Source: an uncultured Bacteroides sp. (GTDB lineage Bacteria; Bacteroidota; Bacteroidia; Bacteroidales; JACABE01). From it: 45,725 bases of DNA. Each line of letters opens with the position of its first letter. Within the stretch, counting starts at the first letter, position 1. The position numbers and the translations under genes were made by a program. Positions 6,701-14,719 of this stretch are shown piece after piece. The notes under the pieces are model-generated. The model did not search any database. It worked only from the letters and a program-made list of their open reading frames with translations, and was not told the origin of the DNA. The DNA is taken from assembly GCA_964646395.1 (NCBI GenBank), contig CAZYEM010000002.1, positions 1-45,725 on the forward strand. Direction: 5' to 3'.

Positions 6701-9700
6701 ACATACTTTTAATGGTTTGCTAAAAGGGAAAGGAATTATGTTGACTGATATCACTACTGATATTGATGGAAGTCCACGTTTAAATCCCCCTTGTATCGGA
6801 GCAGATGAATTTTTACCACCAGCAAATGATGCTTCCTTAACAGCAATAATTAATCCGATGAGTGCATGTGGTTTAACTACAAACGAAAGTGTTACAGTTG
6901 TTATAAAGAATATTGGTGTAAATACAATGACATCAGGTAGTTATTCTGTGGCATATAAAGTTATGGGTAGTAATCCAATAGCTCCGGAAACTATAAACAG
7001 AACGATATTGACAGGAGATACAATTCATTACACATTCAATGCCAAAGTAAATCTTTCAGTTGCAATAGCACATATCGATTCTACATATAAATTGTTAGCA
7101 TGGAGTAATTTAGCTGGTGATTTTGCAAAATCAAACGACACATCATCACTTACAGTTTTGTCATCTTATTTACCGGCAACTCCTGTTCCGGGACCAAATG
7201 TTACAATTCCTTATGCAACTACAGCATTATTAACAGCAACTTCTTCAGATTTATTGCAATGGTATAATGTAGCTGCAGGTGGCTCAATTCTGGCATTAGG
7301 ATCTCCGTTTACAACATCTGTATTACTTGATACAACTACCTTTTATGTTCATGCAAGACCTAATGAAAATAAAATTAATTATGCCCTTACAGCCGATATT
7401 TCTCATGGATCTGGGGGTGCATTTGGTTATACACCTGATTTATATAATGATGGAATAATTCCTGCATATGGTTCAGCAGGTTCAGGAATTGCAGGTTGGA
7501 CTACTACTAATTCATGGATTGAATATGAATGGAATAGTATGCTAACACTTAAAAAAGTTGTATTTTATAAAGATACCAGACCTATGACAACCTGTATTTT
7601 CCAATATTGGGATGGAACCGCATTTGTTGATTTCTATTCTTATAATAATAATAGTATAAATGATAGCGTGACATTTCCTGCTGTTACTACTACAAAAATC
7701 CGATTTAATAATGTTTCAGGTATAAGTGCAAATCCAAATTTCAGAGAAATAGAAGTATATGCAAGTGATGGTAATCCTAATTCAGGTTGTGCAAGTGCAA
7801 GAGTTCCAATAACTGTATATACAGTTGTTTCACCTCGTGAAGCAGGTATTTCAGATATTATTACACCAGAAGGTTGTGCTTTGTATCAGGTGCCTGTTAG
7901 TATTAAATTATTTAATCACGGAAGTACTCCAATGAATTCTACAAATACTTCCGTTTCATATAAGATTGATAACGGAAATTTTATAACTCCTGAAGCTTTA
8001 AATGTTTTTATCGCACCATTTGATACAGTTCAATATACATTTACAACATTAGCAAATTTCGCTGCTCCTGTATCTGATAGATTTATAAAATTAACTGCTG
8101 TTGTAAATACCACTAATGATGCATTGCATAGTAATGATACATTAGTAAAAGATTCTATACCTTCCAGATTTACACCTCCTTCACCAACATCAAATAATGT
8201 ATTTATTAATAATGGTGTAAGTACCATGCTTAGTGCCAATGCTTCAAGTGGTACTATTAATTGGTATGAACAACTAACTGGAGGAAATTTTATTGCACAG
8301 GGAACTTCATTTTTAACACCAATATTATATGTAAGTGATACTTTTTTTATAGAAGCTAAAGCTTATAACTCAGTTATTGCAACAATTGGTAACGGAACAA
8401 GTGCAAATACTTCTTCGTCTTATCCAGCACCTTATGGCAACTTATATACCGGAGCTAAACATCAGATACTAATTACCAAAGCAGAATTAAGTGCCTATGG
8501 AATTCAGGCTGGTCCAATAACCTCACTGGCTTTTGATGTTGCAAATGCAGCAAACTCACCACTTCAAAACTTTCAGTTAAAATTAGGACATACAGCGTTA
8601 AATGCATTAGCAATAGGAAGTTGGGTTCCGAATACCACGCTTGTTTATATATCTTCAGTTTATACAGATGTAATTGGTTGGAATACACATAATTTTACTA
8701 CTCCTTTTTTGTGGAATGGAATTGATAATGTTGTTGTTGAAGTTTGTTTTGACAATATTACAGTTTCTAATTCAAATGCCTCAACCAGATATACGCCAAC
8801 GACATTTAATTCTGTTGCTTTTAGAAGTTATTATGGTGTAGGTGGAATATGTAATTCTGCTGAAAGTACTGATATATATGTAAATCGTCCAAATATGAAA
8901 ATAAAAGGAACTGTGCAGGGATGTGGCAGTTCTCCAAGAGTTCCTGTAATTGTTAATGTTGCTCTTCCTCCACAAAATGATGCAGGTATAACTGCATTAG
9001 CTAATCCTGTGGGATCAACTCCTGCTGGTATTTCAACTCCAATTAAAGTTAAAATTAAAAACTATGGTCAATCAACTTTAACAAATGTAAAAGTTGCATG
9101 GAAGTTGAATAATGTATTAAAACCGATATATAATTTTTCAGGAAATATTGCCCCAGGTTCAGAATCAACAGTTACAATTGCTAATGAAACCTTTAGTGGT
9201 GGTGTATATTGTATAAAAGCATGGACATTTCTTCCAAATAACAACAGCGATAGTGTAGCTTCAAATGATACATTATCAAGTACTTGTTTCAATGCATGTA
9301 TGAGTGGAATTTATACTATTGGAAATTCTCCTGTCAGTAATTTTTCTACATTCAATTCGGCTGTTAATGCATTAAAATCGAGTGGTGTATGCAGCAATGT
9401 TTATTTTTTAGTTGATTCTGGAATTTATACTGAACAAGTAAGAATTCCTGAAATATTAGGAGCTTCTGCATCTTCAACCATTACTTTCCGTTCGGCAAGT
9501 AATGATAGCACTAAAGTTGTATTGCAGTATGCCGGAAATTCAACAAATAATTACACTTTAAAACTTGATAGTGCTGATTTTATCAGAATTGAAAAAATGA
9601 CCATAAAATCAACAGATCCTACTTATGGTTATGGGATTGAACTTGATAACGGAGCTTGCAATAATATTATCTCAAATAATAGTGTTGAAATGCCGAATAA

Positions 9701-12700
9701 CTCAAGTCCTTATAATGCTTGTATTTATGATCATAATGGCAACGATCATAATAATAAATATTTAAATAATAGAATTTTAAATGGATACATTGGGTTATAT
9801 ACATCAAGTGGAACTTCAACTAAGATAATTAATGGAACAGAAATCAGAGGGAATAAATTGTTGAATTTTGGAAATTATGGAATTAATGCCTCATATAACG
9901 ATTCTATCAAGATTACTGATAACGAGTTAATTTCAAGTGGATTAATAGGGACGGCAATCTACGCTTTATATTCCGGTTCAAATAAATATGCAGTTCAGAT
10001 TTTAAATAATAAAATAACTCTTACATCGCCATCACATCAATACGGATTATATACTTATAATAATATTGCATCGGCTTCAGCCCGGGGATTGGTTGCAAAC
10101 AATATGGTTTCACTATCAGGAGGTTCATCAACTTCAAGTAATTATGGTTTATATCCTGCCATTTCAGCATTTACTGATTATTTCTATAATACTATCAGTG
10201 TTAGCGTTCCATCAATTACAAGTGGAAGATCTTTATTTGTTGTACAAGGTAATGATCTTACATTTAAAAATAATATTTTTGTAAATAAAGGGGGTGGTTA
10301 TGCCTATTATGTTCAGACTCCGGCTGCTATTGTTCAATCTGAATACAACAATATTTATACAAGCGGGAGTTTTCTGGGTTACTGGAATACAAATCAACCT
10401 GGATTAATTGATTTGCAAACAGCAAGTACCAAAAATGCGAATTCAGTTTCTCTTAATCCAACATTCGCCTCATTAACTGATTTACATCTTAATACTACAG
10501 CTTTAAGTGCTTTAGGAACACCGGTTGCTGCTGTTACTACAGATATTGATGGAAAATCAAGAGACTTAGCACATCCATGTATCGGAGCTCATGAAATACC
10601 ATTGTTGCAACAAGATGCAGGAGTTAGCTTTATTGCTAGTCCTAATGACTTTGAAGTTGAAGGCAGTAGTTTTCCTATAAAAGTTGCAGTCAAAAACTAT
10701 GGGACAAGTCCGATTACTTCATTGACTGTTAGTTATGTTGTAAACAATGGAAATCCTGTAAGTTTTTCATACAATGGTACTATTCCATATCAGGGAGTTG
10801 ATACCGTTGTTTTCCCTTTAAATATTACTGCAATTGCCGGTAACAATACAATATGTGTTTATACAACATTAACAGGTGATAGTAATACCTTTAACAATCA
10901 GACCTGTAAGACATTTGTTAGTTCTCCAATTTTTGATGCAAAATTAGCTGGTATATTTCCAATACAGGAAGGATGTAATTTAGCAACAGATACTGTTATT
11001 ATATTAATTGCAAATAATGGAATTATGCCTATAAATGGTTCTTTAACAGCAAATTATCAGAAATTAGGTGGAAGTACTATTGTGACAGAAATAGTGAATG
11101 CAAACATAGCAGTAGGAAGCAGTTTAATTTATAAATTTAACACACTTGTAAATCTGGGAGTTACGACTTCAGATTCATTATTTAAAATTAAAACCTGGAT
11201 AACACTTGCTAATGATAATATACAAAGCAATGATGCAGATACTATTAAAGTATCCTCACTTCATACACCTTCAAATCCTGTTGTAATAAGTAATTTAAGT
11301 ATTCCTTACGCTACTGCTGCGGTTTTATCTGCATCATCACCAAATAATATTCCTTTGAAATGGTTTGATACTTCAAATGGTGGTTTATCATTATTTGATG
11401 GAAATCCATATATTACACCAATGTTATTTGCTTCAGATACATTTTATGTTGAGGCTAATTCTACCAATCCATTTAATAATATCGTTGGAACAGGACCAAA
11501 TACCGCTGGCGAACCATTCAGCACGCTTAACGGATTTACGAGAAGTGTTTCAATATATAATGCAACTGAAATCGGTGGTTATGGATTTGTAAACAAATTG
11601 AGTTGGGATGCTTTTTTAGCAGATACAGTAAATGTAATTCCTATTAAAGTTTATGTAAAACAAACTTCACAATCGTTTATGATTCCTGATACTTTGTCTG
11701 ATTTACTCAATGGAGCTACATTGGTTTATGATGGAGATAAAATGTTTAGCACTACAGGTTGGAATTCCATTGATTTTATAAATCCATATTATTATAATTC
11801 AGGTAATCTGATGGTAATTTGTGAAGCTAATTTTGGAGGAACAGGAATATATCCTTCTGCTATTTTCAGACAAACAGGCGTAGCAGGATCCAAATTCCAT
11901 CAGGTGTTTAAAGCTGATTACGCACCACCAACAGGTGTAGGAGTTATATATGCTTCCAGACCAAATATTAAGATTTCCGGATATATTGCAGGTTGTGCAA
12001 GCCAGAGAGTTGCTGTAAATATAAATGTTGGTGCTCAGGCTTCAATTGATGCAGGAATAGGTTCAATAATAAAACCATCAACTGGAACAAATTTATCTTC
12101 TCATGATACAGTAAAAGTGCTGGTTAAAAATTATGGCTATTCCCCTGTTTTTAATATTCCTGTAAAGTACAGATTAGGAAATAATACCGTAGTTTCAGAA
12201 ATTATGACTGATACTATTTTAAGTGGTGGTTCAAAACTATATACATTTGCTCAAACTGTAAATTTATATTTATATAACCAAAGTGCAACATTCAATATTA
12301 CAGCATGGACTGATTTAATTGGAGATCCAACTTTTCAAAATGATACAGCAAAGAAATCAATTATTAATAATTCTATTATATATTGTGTTTCGGCAGCTAA
12401 TAATAGTGGTAATGATGATTTAGGAAATGTTAAGTTTGCAGGAATTAATAATGGTAATTCTTTTCCGATTTATAATAATTCTTCAGCTAATCAGACATAT
12501 AATAATTACACGGCTTTAGCACCTGCACAAATACGAAGAGGAGTAAGTTATCCGATATCATTAAGTATTATTTTTTCAGACGGTGGTTTTTCGGGAAAAG
12601 CAAATGCATATATAGACTATAATCAAAACGGTGTTTGGGATTTGCCCGGGGAATTGGCATTTTCAGCACAATACAACGGAAATGGAAATACAACAGTAAC

Positions 12701-14648
12701 AGGTTCAGTTAATGTTCCGGATTCTGCTTTGTTTGGTTTGTGCAGAATGAGAATAGTAGTTGATAATAATAACAATGCATTCCCATGCGGATCATATTCT
12801 TATGGAGAAACAGAAGATTATACCGTTAATATAAATCTTCCTTTAGCTCACGATGGAGGTTTAAGTAAAGTAAGTAATATCGGCTCTTTTGTTCCTTTTA
12901 ATGTATCAGCTGTAGTAAGCCCATATTTCTTTATCAGAAATGAGGGTACTGATACATTAACGAATGCGAATATTAATTATACTTTAAATAATTCTCCTGT
13001 AACAACTCAGATTTGGAATGGTAATTTACCATATTTGGCTGAAGATTCACTAAACCATACCTTTACACTACAAACAGGTATGAATACAATAACTTCATAT
13101 TTAGATGGTATTGCAAATGATAGTAATCAGTTTAATGATACAATTCATTTAAAAGTATTTAAAGAATATTCAACTACGCCTCCTTATTTTGATAATTTTG
13201 AAACCAACAAATATTGGTTTCCAACAGACACTTTATGGAGTTTTGCAATTAATAACCTATGGGAACAAGGTGCTCCATTAACTCCATATTCTACTCTTAA
13301 TTCAGCTCATAGTCCTGTTAATGTTTGGATTACTCAATTAAATGGAAATTATTCAACAAACAATTTAAGCGTTTTGTATACTCCTGTATTTGATGTTTCA
13401 ATTATGAAGGCCGACACTTTAAAGTTCTGGCAATGGCGGGAATTTAATTTTGGATCAACTTCATATATTGAATACTTAAACGCAAATGGAATTTGGAATC
13501 AATTGGGAATTCAGAATGATACAAATTCAACTAACTGGTATAATGCACTTAATAACTGGATTGGGATTGATTCCGTTTGGACTCAATCTAAATATTGTGT
13601 AAAAAATATAAGTAATATTGGAAATAAACTTCAATTCAGATTTGTATTTAATTCAGGTACGATAAATAATCCGAAAAAAGGTTGGGCTATCGATGATTTT
13701 GAATTAACATTAGCTCCCTCATCAAATGATGCCGGTGTAACTGCAATAAATTCACCTGCCTCGTTCTCCATTGTTGGTGATAATATTAATGTTGGTGTTA
13801 CTGTTAAGAATTTTGGAACAGTTTCATTAACTAATATTCCTGTAAAGTACCAAATTGGAAGTGGGAGTGTTCAAACAGGAATCATTGCAGGTCCGCTTGC
13901 TCCAGATTCATCCGTGAACTTTACATTTTCTCAATCATTACTGATTGGAAATATTACTGATTTTGATATATGTGCTTATACTGCAGTTGTTAATGACATT
14001 TATATTCAAAATGACAAAACCTGCAAAAATGTTGTTGTAAATCCAGCTGCAAATGATGTTGGTATTATAGAGATACTTCAGCCAGCTCTTGCTGTAAATA
14101 CAGGAAATATTGATGTTAAAGTAGTTATTAAAAATTTTGGTACCGATACAAAAACATTAATCCCATTATCATATAGAAGAGGTTCATCTCCCGCTGTTAA
14201 TGAAACATGGACTGGTAGTTTAGCTGCTGGCAATACGGTTGAATATACATTTTTAACTATAATGAATGTTCCGTTGGGAAGTTCATTTGGATTCAGGGCT
14301 TATACTGCTTTAGCAAACGATGCATATAAACAAAATGATACTGTTTATAAGACCGTTACAATTATGAATGCTATTGACGATTTTGGAAAAGATAAATTAT
14401 GGCTTGGACAGAATATGCCAAATCCTACTACCGAAATAGCAAATATTGAATATAACCTGCCTGAATCAGGTGAAGTTAAGTTTGATATTATGAATTTGTT
14501 TGGACAAGCTGTGTATTCATTGAATAGTATTGATGATGTTGGAAAACATTTGATTAGCATAAATATCAAAGATTTATCAGCAGGTATTTATTATTATACT
14601 ATCGAATTTAAAGGCAAACGACTTGTAAAGAAAATGGTAGTTAATTAA
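3729..14648 (+). CDS. Giant T9SS-secreted mosaic surface protein, paralog 1 (3639 aa)
   Basis: Uninterrupted 10.9-kb ORF. Signal peptide MKKVILFLIVVLYMTFLSA|Q. Two MAM-like domains, about 10 CARDB-like units, 2 beta-helix super-modules, 3 copies of the unassigned module X, a discoidin-like domain and a GEVED motif YGETEDYTVNI. C-terminal sorting domain WLGQNMPNPTT...AGIYYYTIEF...KKMVVN. Confidence 0.95.
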   Translation: MKKVILFLIVVLYMTFLSAQSTIVFHEDFELPSLSDSLQSSTDPIGGNSWAISTHLKNSGSRSDSNRVQIGKTVYLTTNSFSTVGYSNVYLKFAQICKLFFSDGGQVEVSTNGGISWTLLTSSYYQGNASMVLNRFSESSYNIWRVGDTIVNPTNDWWKNETFNISLLASNQANVKIRFKYTGSNNPLATGRYGWLLDDIKVVASMSELEPPVVNLISYPIDTAYYGGPYNVSAYVKDASGIDTVFISYRVGNGSFTQLGMMKSPIIDSLYTAGIPFVGYGKKIEFKITAVDASSAHNFTEKPLSEYYSFFVKYSTGGNVIVGNGSSPQNYPFKSNSDSTKSAALYLYSNINRFGLINQLQWYVSTAQASLNIPIKVYLKQTNTSALIGDSWASLMDGAVLVYSGTHTFSSTGWKTITLNTPYNYSSGNLIVLCETNYGGSGASITPSFRFTTASFGSHQFYASSSSIVEVNAQRPNITLGFVIVPVLTQDAGISQITSPSGSVTAGTAFGVIAKIKNFGSTVLTKASVSYALDGIIQGTSLWTGSLSKDSSISYTIGNLNTTIGIHTLKVWSDLPNDSIDQNNINDTAFYTFYSCGGPLSGNYSVGGFGADFQTFADVNVGLSQCGINGPVVFNVNPGIYTEQFTITEIVGASSNNTITFQSVNNDSTSVIMNRASTSTSNWIIKLNGADYVSFKNIKFAPSDSLFSTAIIITNGATNNKLIGNQFLGYAGTAISQTLISIEGTVNSNHSNLINGNRFFKGSYGISVKGIANIRLKNIVIKKNILDEVVLYGIYTQYVDSLLIDSNTISSSAFSANKYGIYLQYGDVLNRITKNTIFLSGGINMYGILAESSVSSDLSKGLIANNFVSILNGSSIAYGIRLNTITKFRIYANSIVCFGNSFANTRAMNITSSCSNIVIKNNNLVSNKYPFFVEGISSVSSSDYNNFYTTGANLINWNSADYSNIASYTTVSLMDSNSISTNPIFFSNSDLHTFNGLLKGKGIMLTDITTDIDGSPRLNPPCIGADEFLPPANDASLTAIINPMSACGLTTNESVTVVIKNIGVNTMTSGSYSVAYKVMGSNPIAPETINRTILTGDTIHYTFNAKVNLSVAIAHIDSTYKLLAWSNLAGDFAKSNDTSSLTVLSSYLPATPVPGPNVTIPYATTALLTATSSDLLQWYNVAAGGSILALGSPFTTSVLLDTTTFYVHARPNENKINYALTADISHGSGGAFGYTPDLYNDGIIPAYGSAGSGIAGWTTTNSWIEYEWNSMLTLKKVVFYKDTRPMTTCIFQYWDGTAFVDFYSYNNNSINDSVTFPAVTTTKIRFNNVSGISANPNFREIEVYASDGNPNSGCASARVPITVYTVVSPREAGISDIITPEGCALYQVPVSIKLFNHGSTPMNSTNTSVSYKIDNGNFITPEALNVFIAPFDTVQYTFTTLANFAAPVSDRFIKLTAVVNTTNDALHSNDTLVKDSIPSRFTPPSPTSNNVFINNGVSTMLSANASSGTINWYEQLTGGNFIAQGTSFLTPILYVSDTFFIEAKAYNSVIATIGNGTSANTSSSYPAPYGNLYTGAKHQILITKAELSAYGIQAGPITSLAFDVANAANSPLQNFQLKLGHTALNALAIGSWVPNTTLVYISSVYTDVIGWNTHNFTTPFLWNGIDNVVVEVCFDNITVSNSNASTRYTPTTFNSVAFRSYYGVGGICNSAESTDIYVNRPNMKIKGTVQGCGSSPRVPVIVNVALPPQNDAGITALANPVGSTPAGISTPIKVKIKNYGQSTLTNVKVAWKLNNVLKPIYNFSGNIAPGSESTVTIANETFSGGVYCIKAWTFLPNNNSDSVASNDTLSSTCFNACMSGIYTIGNSPVSNFSTFNSAVNALKSSGVCSNVYFLVDSGIYTEQVRIPEILGASASSTITFRSASNDSTKVVLQYAGNSTNNYTLKLDSADFIRIEKMTIKSTDPTYGYGIELDNGACNNIISNNSVEMPNNSSPYNACIYDHNGNDHNNKYLNNRILNGYIGLYTSSGTSTKIINGTEIRGNKLLNFGNYGINASYNDSIKITDNELISSGLIGTAIYALYSGSNKYAVQILNNKITLTSPSHQYGLYTYNNIASASARGLVANNMVSLSGGSSTSSNYGLYPAISAFTDYFYNTISVSVPSITSGRSLFVVQGNDLTFKNNIFVNKGGGYAYYVQTPAAIVQSEYNNIYTSGSFLGYWNTNQPGLIDLQTASTKNANSVSLNPTFASLTDLHLNTTALSALGTPVAAVTTDIDGKSRDLAHPCIGAHEIPLLQQDAGVSFIASPNDFEVEGSSFPIKVAVKNYGTSPITSLTVSYVVNNGNPVSFSYNGTIPYQGVDTVVFPLNITAIAGNNTICVYTTLTGDSNTFNNQTCKTFVSSPIFDAKLAGIFPIQEGCNLATDTVIILIANNGIMPINGSLTANYQKLGGSTIVTEIVNANIAVGSSLIYKFNTLVNLGVTTSDSLFKIKTWITLANDNIQSNDADTIKVSSLHTPSNPVVISNLSIPYATAAVLSASSPNNIPLKWFDTSNGGLSLFDGNPYITPMLFASDTFYVEANSTNPFNNIVGTGPNTAGEPFSTLNGFTRSVSIYNATEIGGYGFVNKLSWDAFLADTVNVIPIKVYVKQTSQSFMIPDTLSDLLNGATLVYDGDKMFSTTGWNSIDFINPYYYNSGNLMVICEANFGGTGIYPSAIFRQTGVAGSKFHQVFKADYAPPTGVGVIYASRPNIKISGYIAGCASQRVAVNINVGAQASIDAGIGSIIKPSTGTNLSSHDTVKVLVKNYGYSPVFNIPVKYRLGNNTVVSEIMTDTILSGGSKLYTFAQTVNLYLYNQSATFNITAWTDLIGDPTFQNDTAKKSIINNSIIYCVSAANNSGNDDLGNVKFAGINNGNSFPIYNNSSANQTYNNYTALAPAQIRRGVSYPISLSIIFSDGGFSGKANAYIDYNQNGVWDLPGELAFSAQYNGNGNTTVTGSVNVPDSALFGLCRMRIVVDNNNNAFPCGSYSYGETEDYTVNINLPLAHDGGLSKVSNIGSFVPFNVSAVVSPYFFIRNEGTDTLTNANINYTLNNSPVTTQIWNGNLPYLAEDSLNHTFTLQTGMNTITSYLDGIANDSNQFNDTIHLKVFKEYSTTPPYFDNFETNKYWFPTDTLWSFAINNLWEQGAPLTPYSTLNSAHSPVNVWITQLNGNYSTNNLSVLYTPVFDVSIMKADTLKFWQWREFNFGSTSYIEYLNANGIWNQLGIQNDTNSTNWYNALNNWIGIDSVWTQSKYCVKNISNIGNKLQFRFVFNSGTINNPKKGWAIDDFELTLAPSSNDAGVTAINSPASFSIVGDNINVGVTVKNFGTVSLTNIPVKYQIGSGSVQTGIIAGPLAPDSSVNFTFSQSLLIGNITDFDICAYTAVVNDIYIQNDKTCKNVVVNPAANDVGIIEILQPALAVNTGNIDVKVVIKNFGTDTKTLIPLSYRRGSSPAVNETWTGSLAAGNTVEYTFLTIMNVPLGSSFGFRAYTALANDAYKQNDTVYKTVTIMNAIDDFGKDKLWLGQNMPNPTTEIANIEYNLPESGEVKFDIMNLFGQAVYSLNSIDDVGKHLISINIKDLSAGIYYYTIEFKGKRLVKKMVVN
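3786..4340 (+). other. N-terminal MAM / choice-of-anchor-J-like domain (paralog 1)
   Basis: Begins FHEDFELPS directly after the signal peptide and ends GRYGWLLDDIKV. The G-W-x-(L/I)-DD-(I/F) ending is typical of MAM/ConA-like domains. Confidence 0.55.
4683..5177 (+). repeat. Unassigned module X, subtype 1 (paralog 1, copy a)
   Basis: NVIVGNGSSPQNYPFKS...KSAALYLYS...GLINQLQWYVS...IPIKVYLKQT...GWKTITL...SGNLIVLCETNYGGSG...GSHQFYAS...AQRPNITLGFV. Confidence 0.6.
5532..6812 (+). repeat. Beta-helix super-module 1A (right-handed parallel beta-helix, PbH1-type turns)
   Basis: Opens GNYSVGGFGADFQTFADV...CGINGPVVFNVNPGIYTEQ...NTITFQS. Continues with about 20 N/G/I-patterned turns. Closes LHTFNG...DIDGSPRLNPPCIGADEF. 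Confidence 0.7.
7377..7763 (+). other. F5/8 type C (discoidin)-like domain, unique to paralog 1
   Basis: NYALTADISHG...WIEYEW...LKKVVFY...FQYWDG...VTFPAVTTTKIRFNN...NPNFREIEVYA. The closing x-E-I-E-V-Y after a (K/R)-I-R-F strand is characteristic of galactose-binding-like domains. Confidence 0.55.
8379..8909 (+). repeat. Unassigned module X, subtype 2 (paralog 1)
   Basis: ATIGNGTSANTSSSYPAPYGNLYTGAKHQILITKAELSAYGIQAGPITSLAFDV...LQNFQLKLGHT...GWNTHNFTTPFLWNGIDNVVVEVCFDN...VNRPNMKIKG. Confidence 0.6.
9306..10598 (+). repeat. Beta-helix super-module 1B
   Basis: Opens GIYTIGNSPVSNFSTFNSAVNALKSSGVCSNVYFLVDSGIYTEQ...STITFRS. Closes DIDGKSRDLAHPCIGAHEI. Confidence 0.7.
11475..11984 (+). repeat. 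Unassigned module X, subtype 1 (paralog 1, copy b)
   Basis: NNIVGTGPNTAGEPFST...RSVSIYNATEIGGYGFVNKLSWDA...IPIKVYVKQTS...GWNSIDF...SGNLMVICEANFGGTG...KFHQVFKA...ASRPNIKISGY. Confidence 0.6.
12378..12833 (+). other. GEVED domain (paralog 1)
   Basis: IYCVSAANNSGNDDLGNVKFAG...YIDYNQNGVWD...CRMRIVVD...CGSYSYGETEDYTVNI. The eponymous GE(V/T)EDY motif closes the domain. Confidence 0.6.
13179..13718 (+). other. Second, C-proximal MAM-like domain (paralog 1)
   Basis: PPYFDNFETNKYWF...LKFWQWREF...LQFRFVFNSG...KKGWAIDDFELTLAP. Confidence 0.55.
14391..14645 (+). other. Type-A T9SS C-terminal sorting domain (paralog 1)
   Basis: DKLWLGQNMPNPTTEIANIEYNLPESGEVKFDIMNLFGQAVY...LSAGIYYYTIEFKGKRLVKKMVVN. This is the classic Por_Secre_tail pattern: the PNP motif, then a beta-strand, then G-x-Y-x-Y. 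Confidence 0.85.
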
Positions 14649-14719
14649 TAGATTAACTGTTTATTTTGAATCTAAAAGTATATTATCTTACAAATTCAAA
14701 TTTGTATAAAAATCTAAGT

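Noticed and set aside
14689-14706. 8-bp-arm A/T palindrome tacaaatt/aatttgta as a regulatory site or terminator.
   Set aside because: It is entirely A/T apart from one G-C pair, has only a 2-nt spacer and no T-tract. Such repeats arise by chance in DNA this AT-rich. It is kept only as a weak note under the spacer finding.
14666-14719. TTG at 14666 as the start of giant 2, as given in the ORF track (3800 aa).
   Set aside because: The 18 extra residues (MNLKVYYLTNSNLYKNLS) are not signal-peptide-like. ATG 14720 begins MKRIIVFIVTITFGLFVSG|Q, which matches the signal peptides of the paralogs.
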